The notes beneath the pieces were generated by a model. That model saw nothing but the letters and a program-made list of their open reading frames with translations, was not told the origin of the DNA and did no database searches. A program made the position numbers and the translations under genes. Shown here in pieces: positions 60,207-64,000 of a stretch of 64,000 nt of DNA. Numbering within the stretch: the first letter of the stretch is position 1; the number at the start of each line of letters is the position of its first letter. This DNA is from an uncultured virus (IMG/VR IMGVR_UViG_3300025131_000021). Its lineage: Duplodnaviria; Heunggongvirae; Uroviricota; Caudoviricetes. The DNA lies in IMG/VR virus record IMGVR_UViG_3300025131_000021, positions 1 to 64,000 of that record; one strand, given 5' to 3'.

Positions 60207-61283
60207 ATGGCATACACAATAACAGGAGCAGATGGTTCAGTAGTTGCAACTATCTCTGATGGTACAACAGATACGACGTCTACGCCATTAACTCTTGTAG
60301 GAAAAAATAGTACAAACTATGGGTTACATCTTAATACGAACATGGTTTCGTTATTAAATAACTTCTCAAGTTCAACAAATCCTACAAATGCAATAATTGG
60401 CCAAATGTGGTTTGATAGTGGTAATAATCGATTAAAATACCTAGATACTGGTCGCAATTGGAGAATTACACCAAACTTAGTTGTTTCGGGCACACAACCA
60501 ACTAACCAGCAACAAGGTGATTTTTGGCTCGATTCAACAGATAATGTTCTTAAAGTATATTCAGGATCGACATATAGTTCAATGGGATTAGGATCAAGTA
60601 GTGCTGGTTCTGTTGTTGCTAAAACAATAAATGATAGCACGGGTTCAGCAAAAGCAATTATGGAATTTATTGCTAGTAATAAAACTATGTTTATAATGAC
60701 CTCCGAGAATCAGTTTACTCCATCATCTACTGCTACACAAGCCGACGGCACTTTGTATACTGCAAATTTTCCAATAATTAAACCAGGAATAAATTTACGG
60801 CAAGATACAACAATGAATCCAAGGTATTGGGGAATAGCAAGTAGTTCTGAATATGCTGATTTGGCAGAAAGATATGAAGCCGATGCCAATTACGAGCCTG
60901 GTACTGTAATGATGCTAGGAGGTACAAAAGAAGTTACGCAAACTACTGCCAAAGGCCAGCTAAATGTTATAGGAGTTGTGTCAACTGCACCAGCATACTT
61001 AATGAATTCAGAAGCAGGAACAGATGCGACGCATCCTCAAATAGCAATGATGGGAAGAATTCCATGCAAAGTAGTAGGAAAAATTAACAAATTTGACGTA
61101 ATGGTAACCAGTAATACACCAGGAGTTGCAACATCAATAAGTGGACTAATGACCCGTGAAGCATATACTAAGTATAGTAGTCAAATTGATTCAGAATTTA
61201 AAATTGGTTTTGCTAAAGCATTAGAAAGTTATGATAGTACCAGCGTTGGATCAATTGAAGTAATGATTATGCGATCGTTTTAA
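60207..61283 (+). CDS. Short fibre/baseplate protein with C-terminal peptidase G2-like autocleaving chaperone
   Basis: LTLVGKN..YG, GQMWFDS, YADLAERY, VIGVVSTAPAYLMN, GRIPCKV. Confidence 0.75.
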   Translation: MAYTITGADGSVVATISDGTTDTTSTPLTLVGKNSTNYGLHLNTNMVSLLNNFSSSTNPTNAIIGQMWFDSGNNRLKYLDTGRNWRITPNLVVSGTQPTNQQQGDFWLDSTDNVLKVYSGSTYSSMGLGSSSAGSVVAKTINDSTGSAKAIMEFIASNKTMFIMTSENQFTPSSTATQADGTLYTANFPIIKPGINLRQDTTMNPRYWGIASSSEYADLAERYEADANYEPGTVMMLGGTKEVTQTTAKGQLNVIGVVSTAPAYLMNSEAGTDATHPQIAMMGRIPCKVVGKINKFDVMVTSNTPGVATSISGLMTREAYTKYSSQIDSEFKIGFAKALESYDSTSVGSIEVMIMRSF

Positions 61284-61295
61284 AAGGAAAATTTC

Positions 61296-62369
61296 GTGGC
61301 ACACTATGATGTTATCGCTGGAACAGATACCGTTTCACAAGCACAATTTACTGAAATTTATAACAGTATAAACAAAGTATTTGGAGATCTCTATCCAGGT
61401 GCTGTGTCAACATTACTCGGTGCTAATTGTGTTAATTACAAATTCGGTTGGGGAAACAGAAACTCAAAACAACATTCCGCGAAAATAACACATTTAGATT
61501 GGAATCAATTAATTGCTCGCTTAAATATAATTTTGGAACATACTGGTTATACCTTGACAGCAGGCGGAAATTCTGTTACACTTGTAACACGTGGCGAAAC
61601 AATTAAAGCCACACACTATAATGCTATTGCTGATGGCATTAATGAGCTTTTAACAAAGACTGTAACCATTAATGCAGGTAAGGTTTATACAAGAAATTAC
61701 TATAATTATGTTTCGGCTTCACAAGCAGAACTATTAAATTTTACAACTATAACTAGAGAAGATGCATGGACAAATGCAATAGTATCTGAAATAAAACTTA
61801 GTTTTAGTGATTTTGATGATGTACGTTATTGGCATAATAGCGGAGCCGATGTAAGGATTACACCAACAACAGCAGGCTCAACCACAACGGCCGGAACAAC
61901 ATGGGCTGGTATTGTATCAAAAATAGGCACTTATTATTGGACCATCGACGGAGCCAATTATACCGGAACAGGTGGAACAATATATGGTCTTAATTTTTGC
62001 AACTTAACAACTGATTATAAACTATCATTTGTTAGTGGAGCATCATCGGGTTATAGCGGATATTCAGGATATTCCGGGTATAGTGGATATAGCGGATATT
62101 CAGGATACAGTGGATATAGCGGTAGCGGATATTCAGGATACAGTGGTTACTCTGCTGATAGGGTAAAAATATATGTCAAATTAATAGATAACGAATTATA
62201 TTTTAAAGTACAATATATAAGTTCCATGGGAGCTCCGATAGACGGAACCCAATCAATACAATGGCAATGTCGTGCAGGAGCAGACATAGCAAGCCGTGGT
62301 ATTAAACATCATACAACAAAGCCAAGTTATAGTATTATAAATACCATGACAAGTTCCGACGATTCGTAA
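61296..62369 (+). CDS. Virion structural protein with (GYS)n tract
   Basis: GTG start with AAGGA RBS; 11 GYS triplets. Confidence 0.7.
   Translation: MAHYDVIAGTDTVSQAQFTEIYNSINKVFGDLYPGAVSTLLGANCVNYKFGWGNRNSKQHSAKITHLDWNQLIARLNIILEHTGYTLTAGGNSVTLVTRGETIKATHYNAIADGINELLTKTVTINAGKVYTRNYYNYVSASQAELLNFTTITREDAWTNAIVSEIKLSFSDFDDVRYWHNSGADVRITPTTAGSTTTAGTTWAGIVSKIGTYYWTIDGANYTGTGGTIYGLNFCNLTTDYKLSFVSGASSGYSGYSGYSGYSGYSGYSGYSGYSGSGYSGYSGYSADRVKIYVKLIDNELYFKVQYISSMGAPIDGTQSIQWQCRAGADIASRGIKHHTTKPSYSIINTMTSSDDS
62046..62153 (+). repeat. Coding 9-bp degenerate repeat encoding (GYS)8-GS-(GYS)3
   Basis: ggatattca/ggatatagc/ggatacagt variants. Confidence 0.85.
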
Positions 62370-62378
62370 AAAGGAAAT

Positions 62379-62732
62379 ATGGATGAAAGATTACAAAAAG
62401 CATTAGACTTCACAAACTACAGATTAGTGCTAGAAAATCAAAAAAATAACCTTAAACTTGCTTCAGATCAAAATCTCCATGTCATACATTCAGGACAAAA
62501 AATTAAAATAACGCACTCACTTATTAGTTTTCTTGGTACATTAAAACAAGAAAAACAAAAGGAAACTACACTTATTGATGCCTATGATAATCCTGTAAAA
62601 ATTGACAATATAGATGAGTTATTAAAATCATGTATTGAAAAATATAACTCAACAATGAATGACTGGAATATACAATTTAGTAAGATTAAAAAAGCAAGAA
62701 ATATGGAAAAATTATTAGATGCCTCAAAATAA
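62379..62732 (+). CDS. Conserved hypothetical phage protein
   Basis: MDERLQKALDFTNYR; AAGGA RBS. Confidence 0.7.
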   Translation: MDERLQKALDFTNYRLVLENQKNNLKLASDQNLHVIHSGQKIKITHSLISFLGTLKQEKQKETTLIDAYDNPVKIDNIDELLKSCIEKYNSTMNDWNIQFSKIKKARNMEKLLDASK

Positions 62733-63627
62733 TGGATTATGTGCCTTTGCATATAATAATGATGAAATCAACTATGTTGAAATGGCATATATTTGTGCAT
62801 TACACGCAAAAGCATATTTAAAAAATAATAACTTTTGTTTAATTACTGACGAGGGTTCCCTCTCGTATATGAAACAATTATACAAGCCTAAAATATTAGA
62901 AAAAGTTATCGACGTTGTAATGGTAACAGAAAATCCCCTTGAAGATATGGGGGAAAATAAAAATATACGGAATCATTTTGATAGTCCGTGGACTGAATTT
63001 AGAGCCCCATTTATTAATAGCAATAAACACGAAGTGTATCAAATTACTCCGTATGATAAAACTATTTTAATAGATTTAGATTACCTTGTGATGTCAAACA
63101 TGTTAGATAGTTATTTTGAAATGAATTCGCCAATAGGTATGTTTGTTAATGCAAAAAACATTCGTGGAAATAACCCATTATGGAAAGAAATATGGTTACA
63201 TAATGCAGGTATAAAAATGAAATGGTCGACTGTTATTGCATTTGATAAAAGTGACGAGGCAAAAATATTTTTTGATATGTGGGAATATGTTAAGGATAAT
63301 TATAATTACTTTAAATTTTTATATAACTTTCCACAAGGACTATACAGGACTGATTATTGTGTAAGTATTGCTTCGCATATTATGTCTGATTCAAAAGAAT
63401 CAGACTGGTATAATTTTAACGAAAGAATGTACTTTAGTGATCAGAAAGATGAGATATATGATTTTAATGACGGGATATATAGCATTATGGCTAATGATCA
63501 AAAAGAAAACTGGAAAGACATTCCAGTGACATGGAGAGATGTAGATATTCATATGATGAATAAACGATCAATTAGTAGAATAGCACCTAAGGTAATAGAA
63601 TATTATGAAAAAGAGCTCAACTTATAA
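62719..63627 (+). CDS. Glycosyltransferase-like (GT-A) protein
   Basis: FAYNN..INY, TPYDKTILIDLDY (DxD), YRTDY, HMMNK. Confidence 0.7.
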   Translation: MPQNNGLCAFAYNNDEINYVEMAYICALHAKAYLKNNNFCLITDEGSLSYMKQLYKPKILEKVIDVVMVTENPLEDMGENKNIRNHFDSPWTEFRAPFINSNKHEVYQITPYDKTILIDLDYLVMSNMLDSYFEMNSPIGMFVNAKNIRGNNPLWKEIWLHNAGIKMKWSTVIAFDKSDEAKIFFDMWEYVKDNYNYFKFLYNFPQGLYRTDYCVSIASHIMSDSKESDWYNFNERMYFSDQKDEIYDFNDGIYSIMANDQKENWKDIPVTWRDVDIHMMNKRSISRIAPKVIEYYEKELNL

Positions 63628-64000
63628 AAAATGGAAGATAACGCCAATAGAAGCAGACTTTGGTATTACATTGTTATTAGATAAAAATAGTGATCCAGTA
63701 CAAAAAGACTGTTTGTTTGTATGTGTTAAAAGTATTAAAAAATCATATCCTGATGTTCCTATTGCAGTAATAACAGATCAAAAGTTAAACATGAAAGAAA
63801 TTGATTATCTTATTCCGCAGGAAATTGCTATTGATAGTTATTGGACTGATAAGAAAATTAATCTTTGCACTTTGTATTGGCTAACCCCATTTAAAGTTAC
63901 GTTATTTCTTGATAATGATTTTATAATAACCGACAATCAAAATTTTAATCAGTACTATATTGAATTAATTAAAACAATAACTTTTCCGCAAACTGTTTTA
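63605..64000 (+). CDS. Glycosyltransferase-like paralog (partial; absent from ORF track)
   Basis: Manual translation MKKSSTYKKW...SIKKSYPDVPIAVITD...LTPFKVTLFLDND is open to the window edge. Confidence 0.7.
   Translation, partial: MKKSSTYKKWKITPIEADFGITLLLDKNSDPVQKDCLFVCVKSIKKSYPDVPIAVITDQKLNMKEIDYLIPQEIAIDSYWTDKKINLCTLYWLTPFKVTLFLDNDFIITDNQNFNQYYIELIKTITFPQTVL

Noticed and set aside
63631..63684. ATG at 63631 as start of the last gene
   Set aside because: That frame stops after 17 codons; the real ORF starts at 63605
1..64000. Stop-codon recoding (TAG/TGA readthrough)
   Set aside because: Core genes are full length in code 11, and TAG and TGA terminate genes at sensible boundaries

Overview
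This 64 kb AT-rich window comes from a large T4-related (gp23/gp20/gp55-type) myovirus, probably an uncultured aquatic jumbo-type phage, and uses the standard genetic code. Positions 1-16.4 kb (minus) hold a cluster of fibre/decoration proteins that are unusually Cys-rich, plus two tandem subtilases. Positions 16.5-23.6 kb (minus) are the head module: MCP, scaffold, prohead protease, acidic core protein and portal. A tape-measure-like gene follows, divergent from a gp26-like chaperone with an apparent -1 frameshift extension. Positions 26.6-34.4 kb (minus) carry metabolic and recombination genes (GT-like, GDPD, Holliday junction resolvase, pyrD, 2OG-Fe oxygenase, gp46, gp47, gp55) and a ~450 nt highly structured non-coding element. 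Positions 34.5-64 kb are the baseplate module (gp53, hub, gp5, gp25, gp6, 3592-aa wedge, fibres). It is interrupted by MORN genes and an antisense, sigma70-driven lipoprotein island, and ends in glycosyltransferases. Best leads: (1) a pseudoknotted ncRNA/origin-like element at 27.9-28.4 kb; (2) systematic Cys substitution restricted to the fibre proteins; (3) an unannotated -1 frameshift at 26356; (4) a candidate virion-modification system (GTs, a sulfotransferase-like gene and a (GYS)n tract). All protein assignments come from motif recognition by eye, not database searches.
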